From Octopus bimaculoides (Eukaryota), in the NCBI RefSeq assembly GCF_001194135.2, contig NC_068982.1, positions 51,371,886-51,435,885 of the forward strand: 64,000 nucleotides of DNA, written 5' to 3'. The notes below the pieces were generated by a model. The model was not told the DNA's origin and made no database searches. It worked only from the letters and a program-made list of their open reading frames with translations. The first letter of the stretch is position 1; each line of letters begins with the position of its first letter. Shown one piece after another: positions 51,501 through 64,000 of this stretch. A program made the position numbers and the translations under genes.

Positions 51501-52624
51501 GCATTAAGAATATTCCAAGAGGAAAAGAACTATGAAAATAAGGAGAAATGTCACAAAGGAAAACAATGTTAAAAGATTGTTCTTGACCTAACTTATGTGA
51601 TAGACAATTATCAAATTACAATAGTTAAGTTTTCAATAGCTGAAAACTATTATGAAGTGTTGATAAACTGAAAAACAAAATTAAGAAACTGCCTTAAATA
51701 AGATTCTTGAATAAGTGACAATCAAAGAAAAGACATACAATATATTGTCTATGTTTATAAAATAACAAACTCCATTTATTCTCTTTCCATTCTGAAGTCT
51801 TTCATGTTTTGCTAAATAAAATAAAAAATAAAAACCTCATACTGGTTTCAAAATAATCACTGATAAAATGCTAACTCTTTCCCTGCTGTGTCTGTCCCTT
51901 TGTTACAGCTTGAAAGAATTAACAAGATTAGAAAGATTATTCAGAAGAAACACACATACACGTTACCAAGTTAAATTGTTCTTGGGGTATCTGTTGAAGC
52001 AAATTTATTCACTATAATGTATGTCAGAGATATGGTATTGAATAAAATAAAAACAATGGTACAAGAAGAAATGCCAGTCTACATCCAGTACAGCTATCAC
52101 TTTCACCATCAAAGCCACCTGTTTACCTCTCTTCTCCCCAAGCATGACTTTATAGCCATATTTTCATGCTGGTTCAAGCCAGTCAAACAAGCAGAATACT
52201 ACATCTGTTTCCCCTAACCTCTTATTATCCTCTTCACAAAAAGTTTAGGATAATTTGAGTATTTCCCCTCACTAAGTTTTCGCATCTTAGTAGTTTGTTT
52301 TTTTCTTTTTATTCTATTACATTCAGTCCACAGATCTTCAAAGTACCTCAGCAACACTTACAACTATTTAACTCTTGATACAAACCTAAGACTGTCACTG
52401 GTTCTTTCATGTAAAACTACTTTATTTTTGAAGTGATCGATATATAAATCAAAACTTTACATTCTATTTTTAGGCAAGAAGCTTTCTGGTAATTCGATCA
52501 AATAATGAAATTTTTTTTTTACAAAAACCTCTAGAATTCCAATTATCTTCACAATTGATTTAAATATATACAATGGACTTCATTAAAAATATTCTAATAC
52601 AGAAATTTGAATTGATTTCTTTTA

Positions 52625-53050
52625 TCTTTTAATTTTGCTTGTTTCAGGCATTGGACTGCAGTCATACTGTAGCACCACCTTTGAATGCTTTTAATTTGAA
52701 GGAATAACCCCAGTCCTTTTTTTTCTCTCTCTTTCAAACATGGTACTTATTTTGTTGGCCTCCTTTGCCAAACTTCTAATTCATGGAATGATAACACCAG
52801 TTGTCAAACTGTGGTGGGGGACAAACAAAGACACACATGTACTTAGATATAAATATACCAGGCATACATAAATACATACAAATATGATGGGCTTCTTTCA
52901 GTTTCCAGCTACCAAATCCACCCACAAGGCTTTATTCAGCCTTGAACTTATAGAAGACACTTGCCAAGGTGCCAAGTAATGGGACTACACTCAGAACTAT
53001 GTGGTTGGAAAGCAAACTTCTTACCACAGTCATGCCTGGTTAGGATTTTC
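52625..53050 (-). mobile_element. Composite tRNA-SINE (minus)
   Basis: TTGTTTCAGGCATTGGACTGCAG...GGGCTTCTTTCAGTTTCC...GACACTTGCCAAGGTGCC. Confidence 0.75.
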
Positions 53051-53349
53051 TTTCTCCGCCACAATCTCCAGTTTTTCTTTTTTCTTATGCAAGACTTGAG
53101 AAACATTTACTTGTCCAAAAATTTTACATGTCTGTTTTACTCAGACTATTGCAAATAGTATTCAGTTAACTTTTGTATTAATGATCATAATCATTCTTAA
53201 TTACATGTTAATATAATTTTCTTAAATATATTAAGGATCATTTTGACATCATTTTAAAACAAAGATTATAGAGAAGCTAACTTGATATTTAAAAAAGGAT
53301 TATAAGAAAGATTTCATTTCTAGAAAGTTCTCATGTCACAGACACATTT

Positions 53350-53630
53350 GTATGGTTAAGAAGCTTGATTTGCAACCATGTGGTTTCAAGTTCAGTCCCA
53401 AGCCCTGGGACAATCAATACTCTGTGAGTGAATTTGGTAGATGGAAACTGTGTGGAAGCCCATTATACGTGTGTGTTGTCTTTGTGTTTGTGTTTATTCA
53501 TACCCACCACTAAGAATAAGTATTAGTAAAAATAAGTCCTGGGGGTCTAATTGTTTGTCAAAAACACTTCAAGACGGTGCTCCAGCATGGCCACAGTCAA
53601 ATGACTGAAACAAATAAAAAATAAAAGAAG
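53350..53630 (+). mobile_element. Composite tRNA-SINE (plus), inverted relative to the 52.6-kb copy
   Basis: GGTTAAGAAGCTTG...GTTCAGTCCCA...GAATTTGGTAGATGGAAACTG...CCAGCATGGCCACAGTCAAATGACTGAAAC. Confidence 0.75.
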
Positions 53631-53999
53631 AAAAACATTTGAAGTCTAGGTGTTAAGTTTTACCTGTGCCTTTTAAACTTGTGATAAAGAAATGCAAGGT
53701 TGCAGAACCACAAACCTTTATAGAGACAGTGTTCATCTCATTACAGAAGTGATTCAGGCACTGATTTAAATGAGATTCATTGACATGAATATACAATATA
53801 ATATATGCATACAGAATTTATAGTAGAAATCATCAGAGGGAGACATTAGATAAAAGCATATTAGACTTTCTGAGAATGCCAAGTTGTGCAAAGGAAATTA
53901 TGCAACATGGTATGAAAGGAAATATGCAGTTATGCTCATCAACAGACACGGAAAAGAAGCTTTACAATAGTGTCATGGTGCTGCCACACCATCTCATCT

Positions 54000-54750
54000 G
54001 TGACACCCAATGTTTCCAAATAAGTGCTTACTAGTTGTGCTTCCAGTTTTACTTATTCCAATTCTACTACCAGTGCCTTCCAAAATTAACTCATAAATCT
54101 TGAGTATTTAACTAACAATCACTCATATCTTTTGTCCCAGCTTCCTAATTCTCTTCAATTTTCTCTATTTCTTGCCCTCATATGATGATTTACAACCACA
54201 TTTAGAGCTAATTATATTATCTCTCAGAAATCACAGGATACTTTCAGCAAGTTATCTGAAAAGCTAACCATCTTCAATTAAAGACGACGCTTGTACATTT
54301 AGTATAGTTGACTGACTGAGATCTCATGACAGTTCTAGGTTCCAATCTATTTCATCTTGGCATATCATACTAGACCGTTTCTTTGGCACTGCTCCACTTT
54401 CCAGTCACATCTGAACCCCCTCCTGGTACTAACAGATACTTTAGTTTAAGCCATATCAAAATTAATTCTTAGTTTCAATTCCTTTGTGACTTTCTCAAGA
54501 ACTAAAATAAACAAATATGGGCTGGAGACAAAAACTTGATAGAGTAAATCCTTACTGCCTACATTAGTAACCTTATTCCTACATTTGATACCTTCAAGGC
54601 CTGGAAGTTCTTTCAAGTCATTTCTTCATACCATGCATGCATTCTCATTGTTCAATACTTAAGTCAACAAATAGACATAAGAACACATGGTCTTCCCCTG
54701 GTGGACAGCTATCATAGTGAGACAATCCCTTCTAGATTAAGTTAAGATCT
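54000..54750 (-). mobile_element. Degenerate RTE-like RT fragment
   Basis: Broken LSPxLF and EKIEE motifs in the expected order. Pyrimidine-rich plus strand. Confidence 0.4.
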
Positions 54751-55818
54751 GAAAGTTTTGAATATACATCAGGGAGTAAAGAAGGTTTACAGACTATATA
54801 CATTTTTTTTTCCTGCACAATATGAAGTTCATAAAGTTTTTAATCATTAGTAGTCATATATAGCACTATTTCATCCTTCTTTGGAATTATCAGCACAGCA
54901 TAACTTGAGACAAATGAATTCAGCTAAATTCAACATTTTATAAAGTTAGACGTTTCTTAAAAAGAGAAAAAGTTTAGAGTTTAAAGGCATTCCTGATCAT
55001 TACTATTTTTTTTCCTATCTTATTTTCATTAGAACTCTACCACAGATTCTTCTTGCAGTTATATCACCAGAATTACTGCATCTATAGCTCTACGTCCTAG
55101 TGCAAGCCCAAAATGTACTTGACTAAATTCACTATCCTGTGACAAAACAATTAATTTAAGAACATATCTCTAATACATTACTTCTTTATTTGTAACATTT
55201 GATAGCGATATTATCTTGTGATCTATGAGGATAATAAAACCTTGCACAATCTTACTGGTTGTGAGTGAGTAATGTGATACCAACCAGCTTGAGGTATTTA
55301 ACATATATCAAGGCAAGCTAATGAAAACTTAAAGTTTTCAATACCCAACCTTGAAACACACCTCTTTGATTGAAATTGGCCCAATAGTTACACAATTCAG
55401 AAGTTGGTTTTAAGCACACAAAAATATGAGCAAGAAACTAGTTAATGACCTCTATTTCACAAACAGACCAACAATATTATGAAAGTGTACACTTCTGAAA
55501 GGAATGTTTATATAGCATTGCTTCATCTAAACAATAATACAATAGTGACTGCATCAGAGAAATAGCAACAATTCAGATTGTCTAATTATAAACAATTTCA
55601 TGAATATCAAAGCAGTAATGCTTAAATAGATATCCATATTAAAATCAACATAAAATTCTGCTTTGGGTCACAAAGTTTGGAAGTAATGTCAAAAGCCAGA
55701 AGTAAAAGAAAGTGTTAAAACTGAGCAGAGGAAATGCATGTTGTTTTGCAAAGCCATGCCATCAGACGAGTACAAGATATTAATCTAACAATGATGACAG
55801 AACTGAATTATCTCAGAA

Positions 55819-55881
<63 letters not shown>

Positions 55882-57299
55882 TATAAATACATACACACAC
55901 ACACACACAACGAGGGAGACATTATATGGTCATTTGACCTGCTAGAAATAGCAACCATATCTTACTCAAAGAAAAATTTACCATCTTCAAAAAAAGAAAA
56001 CAAAACAAAAAACAAAAACCCAACATGTTATAGTTCCTAACACACAAAACAATGGAATGGTTGAGATAGTCATGTCAGCAATGCTTGGTCAGGGCTGGCT
56101 TTAAGCTAAATGCAACAATAATAACCATCTATAAGAAAACAAAATGCAGCATGCTTCATTAGATAAAATGCAATAAAACCCTGTCGTGATTAATCTAAAT
56201 TGTCAACACAGTGAGACATGAAATTTTACAGTTGAAGAGATGTCTTGTGCATTGTGCTAGCAAGTAAGATTTCACAGACTCATTATTTTGTACAGCAAAA
56301 CAAATACATGAACAAAATAAAAAATTTTAATAATAAAATAAAAATAAAGAAAAAGAATGGGAGGAATAATATTTTTAAGTGGTGATAAATGCTTCAAAAA
56401 ATCTGTTATTAGAACTACAAATGAAATTTATTGATATTATAGAATACACTGGTATTGAACCAATATGTTTAACTCGGCTAACTCAGTAAAACAGCATTTT
56501 ATTTAGAGAAAACTTAAAATGCTTAGCAATCTTAAAATATTGCAACGAATAAATAAAATAATGTTAACATTAGGAAAGAAAATAAGAAAACAATTGTTTA
56601 GTTCAGAAATGTTTTAAATATACATGTATTTAAAGAAATTAATTATATAAAAAATAATTCAACACTTTTTAAAATTTTAGTACAAAACACAATAACAGCA
56701 TAATTATTTTAAAATGCTTATTTTTAATAAATAGATAACCAACAAAAATGTCAGATGTGATAGAGAGAGAAAAAGGAAAAAAAAAAAAAAAAAAAAAAAA
56801 TACAAGCATAAGCAGAAAAGAGATGTGTAAGTTTAAGATATGCAAATATGCAATACTGCTAAAATCTACAACAGCAGGTTTTAGCAGAATTTGCACTCAA
56901 AATGTTTCTGCTATTTTAATACATCAAATTGTTTTATAAAGAAAAGAATAAATTAAACTCTAAAACAGAACAAACAGAAGATTGTGTGAATCCTAGTGAA
57001 TAATCTATGTTTTTTTCATTTGTTAAAAGAATCATTCTTCTCATATTTTTAAAACTCGTGTTCTAAGAACTAATTAACAATTGTTGTAATTGACTATAAC
57101 TCGGATATCATTATGCTTATTCTGTAAGTTATATGTCCAATACTTGCATCATTTAGCCATATAGAGGTAGGGTCTTGATTAGACTTAATTTTAAGAGACT
57201 TCTTCAAATATCAACCAAATTCATTATCATATGCAAATGTACAATAAAATCCTAATAAGACATTGCAGTTCATAATCTCATCAGGTACTAATTAGAGGA

Positions 57300-58100
57300 A
57301 GAGTACTCATATGTTAGGTACAGGAAATGAGGAAGAAGAGAAGTGATGTAAGAGTAATAAGGAGAAGGCAAGGACAGAAGTATGAGTTTGTATGGTGATG
57401 GTAGGAAGGTAACAGGAGGAATCTTCAGAATACAAAAGTAATGCTGCATGTTACCCAACACCATTTACTTTGTCAGTGGCTTGATAGTGATAGATAAGAG
57501 AATTCAGCAAATGAAATATCAACCAAGGCTAAAGATTTGGAAACTGAAAGATAATGAGCAAAGGTCTAAGAGAGAAGTTGAATATAAACAGAGGACGTTA
57601 TGGTTGAACTTGAAACTGGTAGTTAAAAAAAATGAATACTGATGAAAAGCAGTTTGGATTGATGTTGGATGGATTGAAAGGAAAGGTGAAAATGTGAAGA
57701 GAGTGTATGGAAGCAAAACATAGGAAGGTGAATATCAGAAAGATGAAAGCAAAAGCATATCATTCTGTATGATTTGATGTTATTTGAAGATAGTCTTACA
57801 TAGGAATAAATCATGTCACCAAATCAACAAGGCTCTTCTTCCATTTTTTGTTCTGTTTCCGGATTCTAGAACATTTGCATTACCCTCATCGTTTTTATCT
57901 GTTTAGCCAATAGTAAAACAGGTTTCCATGTCTTAAAGCAATATCCTTGTCTGTGACTGAGATTATCTCCAGTTCTACAATGTTACCACTGTTGGGTGAT
58001 GACATTTGTTCACATAACCAGAAGAATTTGCCAAGAAGTGTAGTTTCACAGCATTATCAAACCAACAAATGTTTCATGGAGACTGACTCCACCCACAGCA
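57300..58100. mobile_element. Adjacent RTE-like relics (purine-rich plus part with PRLKIWKLKD, then a minus-strand 3' piece)
   Basis: Motif similarity only; heavily decayed. Confidence 0.4.
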
Positions 58101-58398
58101 ATATGTTCAACTCTGATAAATAATTTATTAAAAAGGCAAGGGCTAAGTGAATAAACTCTTATAGAATTAAAGTCCCAAAGCATTCTGACTGATTTCTTAT
58201 CTTTGTTCTATCTGTCTATTTCTAACCAGACAAACATGGGTCAGATTTTCTACCTTTGTAATCTTTTTAGTTAACATTTAAAAAATCTTTGTCAGTATCA
58301 TCTCTGGTCAGCAACTATTTTAAACAAAACTCCTTTATCTACTTTCCTTTATCTCCTCTATCTATCATCATACATTCAGATTAACCTATCTTGTACAG

Positions 58399-58731
58399 CA
58401 GGAGTTCTCAACCATTTTTATCTTTGGACCCCTTTGATTAATATTTTATTCTTGTGGACCCCTCCCTATAGCCAATTGATGTTCAAAATCTAGTTTTATA
58501 GAAACTTCTTTCAAAATACCTATTTTGGTTTTCACTATTTCCCTTGTGTAGATTGAACTATGTAAAATGTTAGAGAAAGAAATCTAAATGTTTCTTGCAT
58601 TACAAAGCAATATGTATGTCTAAAGCAAAATTTTTTCAGGGGCCCTTAAAATGCTATTGTGGATACCCAATTTACTATCTTGCTGCATGGATTCCCAAAA
58701 ATCTTATATGGACCTCAGTTGAGAACCACTG
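58399..58731. mobile_element. hAT-type MITE with perfect 8-bp TSD
   Basis: TIRs CAGGAGTTCTCAAC / GTTGAGAACCACTG (2 mismatches). TTGTACAG at both 58391-58398 and 58732-58739. Confidence 0.92.
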
Positions 58732-59136
58732 TTGTACAGAATACTTGATATCTCTAATTCTCCAACTTCAAATATTCAGTTCATATTAAGCATCAAGCAA
58801 AATACATTTATTTATTCTAGATGTTATGTAATACTTTACATTTCATTTAATACTTTAAGCTCCAGTTTAATCATAATATATCAAAGTTAGGTAGTAATTA
58901 GAACTACATTTCGATGTCTTATTCATCCATTCAAATTAGAGATCAAAACCCATGTAGTTTCGTCCCTTGCATTTCATGCTCAGCCCCAATTTAAGCCAAT
59001 AACAAAGTTTATGCAGGTACATGAAGCACTATAGTTATGAATTGCTAACTAGTTATGAGTTCACATTTTACTACAGTTATGCTGGACTACAGACAGCTGA
59101 ACATACAACAATCCTACTTCATAAGTGAGTAGTTGG

Positions 59137-59513
59137 TGATAGGATTAACCATTAAGCAAAATAAGCACATGCTTAGGGCATCAAGGGAAAGAAGAGGCAC
59201 CACAGAAATGGTAAATGGTTTATGCCTTTATCTCTAAGTATAGACCCACATGTATTACCTAAGATTAATTTGAAGGATCTGATCAAAGAATTTGCAATTC
59301 ATAAAAGTAGGAGGAAACTTTTCAAATATAAATAAAGTGGAAGTATACAAAAAAAAACATTATTTTCCCCTCTTACTGTTTTGTTTTGTTTTGAAAAATA
59401 AAAAAATTATCTTATGGTTTGTTATTGTCTATATTTTGAATTACATAATTTTTTATGGAGGCACCAAAATCTTTTAAGTGCTTAGGGCCTCAATAGGTCT
59501 TAATCTGGCCCTG
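59137..59513. mobile_element. Probable hAT-type MITE (CAGGGCCxGATTAA-type TIR)
   Basis: 3' end TTAATCTGGCCCTG. Degenerate 5' GGATTAACC. Subterminal GCTTAGGGC and GAGGCACCA motifs occur near both ends. Confidence 0.5.
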
Positions 59514-59644
59514 GGAAGACAGCACAGTTCCAAAACAATTGTTTTAACAAAAACTTTATAACCATGCTGCCATTTACACATTTGCAGCAAATTACAACCA
59601 ATCAATCATAAATTCATCAATTGAATATAAAAAAAAACATTTAC

Positions 59645-59774
59645 CTAACAAAATATGCAGCATCCTTCAATACATTTTTGAAAGTGTCCATATAGATTTT
59701 TGCTTGCTTTTTCTTACAGTTCTGCACCACATCATTGCATAAATAAAACAAAGTAAGGCGGTGAGCAGTTTTAT
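59645..59774 (-). CDS. RPRD2: RPRD2 coding exon, CID domain (130 nt, phase 1 to 2): (D)KTAHRLTLFYLCNDVVQNCKKKQAKIYMDTFKNVLKDAAYFV(R)
   Basis: Acceptor ttttttcccccag, donor TAG|gtaaat. Contains the CID signature LxLFYLxNDVxQN. Confidence 0.95.
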
Positions 59775-60321
59775 CTGGGGGAAAAAAAACAAGAAACAGA
59801 AATATTAATATTGTAAATAAAATAAAATTGAAGATTTTTTTTTTTACTATTATATTTCAAAGCAAAGAAGTCTACAAAGAAATCAATACAATTTATCCAT
59901 GTCTTACCTGTAGATGTAAAAGACATCAGTTAATATTCAGTATTTCTTCTCAAGTAAATAATTTTAACTATTTTAAATGACAACTTTAAATGGTTAAACT
60001 ACCAGCCAGTGACCATTGATAGAAAATGTTCTTTTATTTGATTTTTAAAAATATACATTTCTTATATAAATCTACTCATAAACTTTATATATTTACTTTA
60101 CATCCATTTTATTTTTAATTGAATAGGTATGAAATTAAGATTCTGAGCATGAATTATGTACATCTCTTTAAGTGATATTACTGAACGTTCAGTTCTAAAG
60201 ACAAACTCTGAATAAAACTTAGTCAATAATGCTGTATATTCTTAAGAGAATGACATAACTTTCAAATGAAGAAGTTTCAGTCTCCATTGGAAGCAGAATT
60301 TTCACCTCAATTAAAAATGAA

Positions 60322-60362
<41 letters not shown>

Positions 60363-60363
<1 letters not shown>

Positions 60364-60485
60364 CAAGATGAAGAGCACGATTCGATTGTAAGATATTTTA
60401 TTAGTTGCACGTTATTTCAACAGTACATTGAAATATCGTTCAACTAATAAAGTACCTTACAATCGAATCATGCTCTTTGTCTTGA
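60363..60485. repeat. 123-nt hairpin between (AAT)n tracts
   Basis: 58-nt arms with 7 mismatches and a 7-nt loop CAGTACA. Confidence 0.9.
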
Positions 60486-60824
60486 CTGTTTACCTATGTG
60501 AAGAGTGACGTCAATACTTTTTAATAAAATAATAATAATAATAATAATAATTCTTTCTATTATAGGCCCAAGGCTTGGGATTATGGTGTCAGAGTCTAGT
60601 TGATTATGTTGTTCCCTATGCTTGACTGGAACTATTTTATTGACCCAAAAGGATGAAAGGGAAAGTTGACCTCAACAGAATCTCAACTTGGAACGAAAAT
60701 CAGACAAAATGTTGCTAATAGCAATAATAATTTAAATGTTTTGAGTTTCTTTCATGAAGCAGTACATATTGAGTTAAGATGAAATGTTATAAATAAAGTC
60801 TGTTCTAATACGCTTGCTATACAC

Positions 60825-61035
60825 ATTCCTTTTTACTATAAATACAAGGCCTGAAATTGGGAGAGTTGGGGCAGGATAGCTGATTACATTGATCCAGTAT
60901 TCTACTGGTACTTATTTTATCAATACCAAAAGAAAGAGAAACAAAGTTGACCTTGGAGGAATTTGAGCTCAGAACAAAAAGACAGGCAAAATGCCACAAA
61001 GCACTTAGTTCACCATGCTAGCAATTCTGCCAGCT
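60825..61035 (+). mobile_element. SINE-like repeat with CTGGTACTTATTTTAT..GGATGAAAGG..AAAGTTGACCT central domain
   Basis: Same family at about 36785-36925, 39735-39945 and 60550-60720. Confidence 0.7.
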
Positions 61036-61996
61036 CACCACCTTGTAAGCCCAATATACATATTAAAAAGTGGAAAATATCCAATTAGAAAAGAAGCTCA
61101 TTAAGAAAGCAAATTTAATGTCTTCAATTGGTGACATATTTAAAATGCAGAGAATTAAATATAGTAGTGAGTTATTTACTTTACTTGTATCTAAAGTTAC
61201 TTTAAAAAGTGTATATGCCTAAATTAAGCATGTTATGATCTGCAAAATATTGACATGTCAATATCAGCCTGCCATTTTCCTTCTATATTTGAACAATTAT
61301 TTTTTTCATCATTATAATTTTAACATCCATTTTTCCATGGTCTATGGTATCTTTAATAAAGTATACTCTGTTGAAACACTTGGGCTAGATCTCTTCTTTC
61401 CTTTTTTCCTTGACAGCCAATAACAAGGACAAAAAAAAAAATTAAGTTTGAGGAATCAGACAGATCTGCCATATGACACTTAACCTGAGCTTATATCATC
61501 TTATCTGTTGAAATTCAACATCTTCAGATCCAATTTCCTTACTTCATGCAACTTGTTTCGTCTTCCTATGCAACAAGTACCACTCAATTAGCATATAGCA
61601 CTTTACCATCAAGCAAAAGACACCCACTCACATTACATATCCATATTAGCACAGATGCCTCCTCTGAACATGTTAGCTAAATTACTTTGCCAAATGTAAA
61701 GCTTTAGAACTTTTGTCTAGAATCAATTACTAGCCTGATAGACTCGGCTATGTCAAGATGGATTCATGTATTCTTCCTCCCACTTGGATTTTTATGTATT
61801 CTTTCTCCCACTTGGATTTGAAATGTTGCCACAATTATAATATGTCTATTCTACTGTTATTTTCTGCATTTTCGTGCAGCTGAAGATTGCTCTTCATATT
61901 GCATTTAATGTAATGCTCGCATTACTTAAATTAATGGGGTAGCATGAAACGTGCGTACTGCAATCATCTTTGAAATCCGTGTTGCTTATTTTGAAT

Positions 61997-62027
<31 letters not shown>

Positions 62028-62137
62028 TACATACAGCAGTTTGCAATGTTTCATCAAAAAGGAGAATTATAATTGTCATTAAATGTGACTAAGGCGTTAG
62101 GAAACACTTACATTGCTAGAAATAAGACCTAAACCAC

Positions 62138-62292
62138 TGACGGGCTTCTTTCAGTTTCTGTCCACCGAATCCACTCACAAGGCTTTGGTTAGCCTGAGGA
62201 TATAGTAGAAGACACTTGCCCAAGGTGCCACGCAGTGGAACTGAACCCAGAACCATGTGGTTGGAAAGCAAGCTTCTTATCACTCAGCCATG
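62138..62292 (-). mobile_element. tRNA-SINE head portion
   Basis: GACGGGCTTCTTTCAGTTTC...GACACTTGCCCAAGGTGCCACGCAGTGGAACTGAACCCAGAACCATGTGG. Confidence 0.8.
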
Positions 62293-64000
62293 ACTTTATT
62301 TAAATTTTTGTTATTAGCCTTACTACAGAGCATAGGCAACTATGAAAAGCCTTCTCCAGATCAACAAATATGAAGGAGGGGTTTTTTGCACTTAGTGAAG
62401 AGTTTCTCTTGCAGTTGATTCATTTAGAATATTTCCTTTATGGTTCAACATCCTGGTAAAAATTCAAAATTCATTTTATCCCCACTGAACTACTGCATCT
62501 CTTTCAATCACTTTCATGACCAATCTGATGCCCTTATTTCCCAAACTCATGTACCAATTATAGAGGTTATTATTTAACTAGCCAATAGGGATAAAAATTT
62601 AACTGCACAACATAAAATGCTGGGAGATCAGTTTATATAAAAGTAAATGGTTGACATATTCTCAAAGAACCTGCTGTTACACAGCATCCTTCAATTTTAT
62701 TACAACATGAATAGGGAGAGATTAAACATATAGCTAAGGACACAGAGAATATAAATCATGAATGGCAATTATACTGTTGCTACACTGTGGGTGGGCTTTC
62801 TAGAGACTGTGCTGGCTAAAAAGTAAAATGTAGATATAAACACAGATGACATATACAGAAGAATCTGTGATATGAATTACTAGAGATTGAGTTCTGTCAT
62901 GTCTCCCAAAAGACTGATAGATTATTGTGATGGTCTTTAAAATTCTGTATATCTTGTAGTAGTAGAAGTATTGTGTAAAATGAATTCAACAAATTTTTTC
63001 CTCCCATGATAAATACTTATTCAAGTTAATTTAGTTGCTATGTATATAGATTGTATGTAGAAAAGGCACTTCTAGGTTGAAGTAGTTATTGAAGAGATTA
63101 AGTATTCATCTGTCCTCTTTAAGAGATATTTATAAGAATTTGTGAACATATTAAATGACATTGATAACATAGAAACTAATATAAAATTCAAGGTATAACA
63201 AACATATATTGTATAACAAACATATATTGAAGTGTGAATTTCCAGTATTGATATTTTACAGGAAATCCTCTCTCTCTCTCTCTCGCTCGCTGTGTGTGTG
63301 TATGTGTGATCATTGTTTTAATGTCCACTTTTCCTGGTGTAGCCACCTGGTCCACCAGTCCTCAGTCAAATCGTCCATGGAAAGCGGACGTTAAACAATG
63401 ATAATGATGATTTTCCATGTTCACATGAGATGGATGGAATTTATTAAGGCATATTTTCTTTGGCCAGATGCCCTTCCTGTCAGCAACCCTTACATGGTAC
63501 CAAGTAAGGTAATATTTCCCTATAACCCAACATGTTTCCACGGAAAATTGGAAATGAAGGATACAACTTGCATGACGGTGACACTCATCTACATCACATA
63601 ATGTCATGGTAAGGAGTAAGACACACACACACAATGGATTTCTTTCAGCTTCCATCTACTAAATCCGCCTCTGTCTACCCCTCCATCCCCCTTCGTAGTT
63701 TTTCCTTTAAGGTCTTCAGGTTCTGGCTATATATAAATGAGAAACCCATTCTAAATTATCTCGCTGACGTACTACGACGAAATACCCAAGATGCAGATAA
63801 GATAGAGATTTTTATTTATTTACGGCCTCAAACATCTCAATACCTTGCGCTTTCTTGTTTCTCTCCATGAAATTCAATTGAATTCAGTTGTTGTCTTAAA
63901 TTCATGCTTATTCATTTTCTAAGCTTCCTAAATTCATGCTACGTTATATTCTAATCACCCAGAATTCATTGCTCTTTTAAAAAATTACGATTTATGCATT

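Larger units (their letters stand above)
3160..59774 (-). other. RPRD2: Host gene span: RPRD2 ortholog (regulation of nuclear pre-mRNA domain-containing protein 2); 5' exon and 3' end not found in window
   Basis: GT-AG exons join in frame to give DKTAHRLTLFYLCNDVVQNCKKKQAK...RIFSIWEERNVY...ILAEFK...QLSTLRLDVSNLEAVKQLKDRAHGKEFSRQFEDACNKL...FYEDQYREAKIVANAYKNFGSRV...LPDPASPLPSPTPDAPSP...DMELSD. This matches the remembered RPRD2 CID, coiled-coil, SP-rich and DMELSD motifs. Confidence 0.93.

Noticed and set aside
8480-57650. Other CTGATGA/CTGAAGA occurrences (about 8487, 10512, 14643, 25366, 26892, 26932, 33966, 46249, 57639; minus strand about 42708)
   Set aside because: None has a helix II closed before GAAA together with a matching helix I and NUH site, so they are not hammerheads.
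59775-64000. Search for the RPRD2 first coding exon (N-terminal CID helices)
   Set aside because: No matching frame found. The coding-like patch at 61500-61680 is an RTE 3' relic.
1-64000. CRISPR arrays, rRNA, genuine tRNA genes, prokaryotic operons
   Set aside because: Eukaryotic intronic DNA. The tRNA-like segments are SINE heads without a full cloverleaf, and no regularly spaced repeat-spacer array was seen.

Overview
AT-rich animal intronic DNA from a draft assembly with five N-gaps, dense in microsatellites, SINEs and LINEs. The SINE and RTE repeat families look like those of octopus (inference). One host gene spans almost the whole window on the minus strand: an RPRD2 ortholog (CID domain plus coiled-coil, RNA Pol II CTD binding). 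I assembled seven phase-consistent exons (59774-59645, 48332-48232, 47443-47234, 41141-41092, 38731-38605, 31938-31763, 29838-29607). After them come candidate microexons (18 nt and 12 nt) and a 147-nt Pro/Ser/Thr exon (3306-3160). The first coding exon and the 3' end appear to lie outside the window. Introns hold RTE LINE relics, tRNA-derived SINEs, hAT, mariner and piggyBac-like MITEs, a Helitron 3' end and long hairpins. The most notable region is a nest at 41.4-45.3 kb: a zinc-knuckle ORF1-only retro-copy, a young RTE 3' end, and a core-intact minimal type I hammerhead ribozyme (43408-43494, + strand, antisense to the host gene). All alignments, translations and folds were done by eye; no database search was run.
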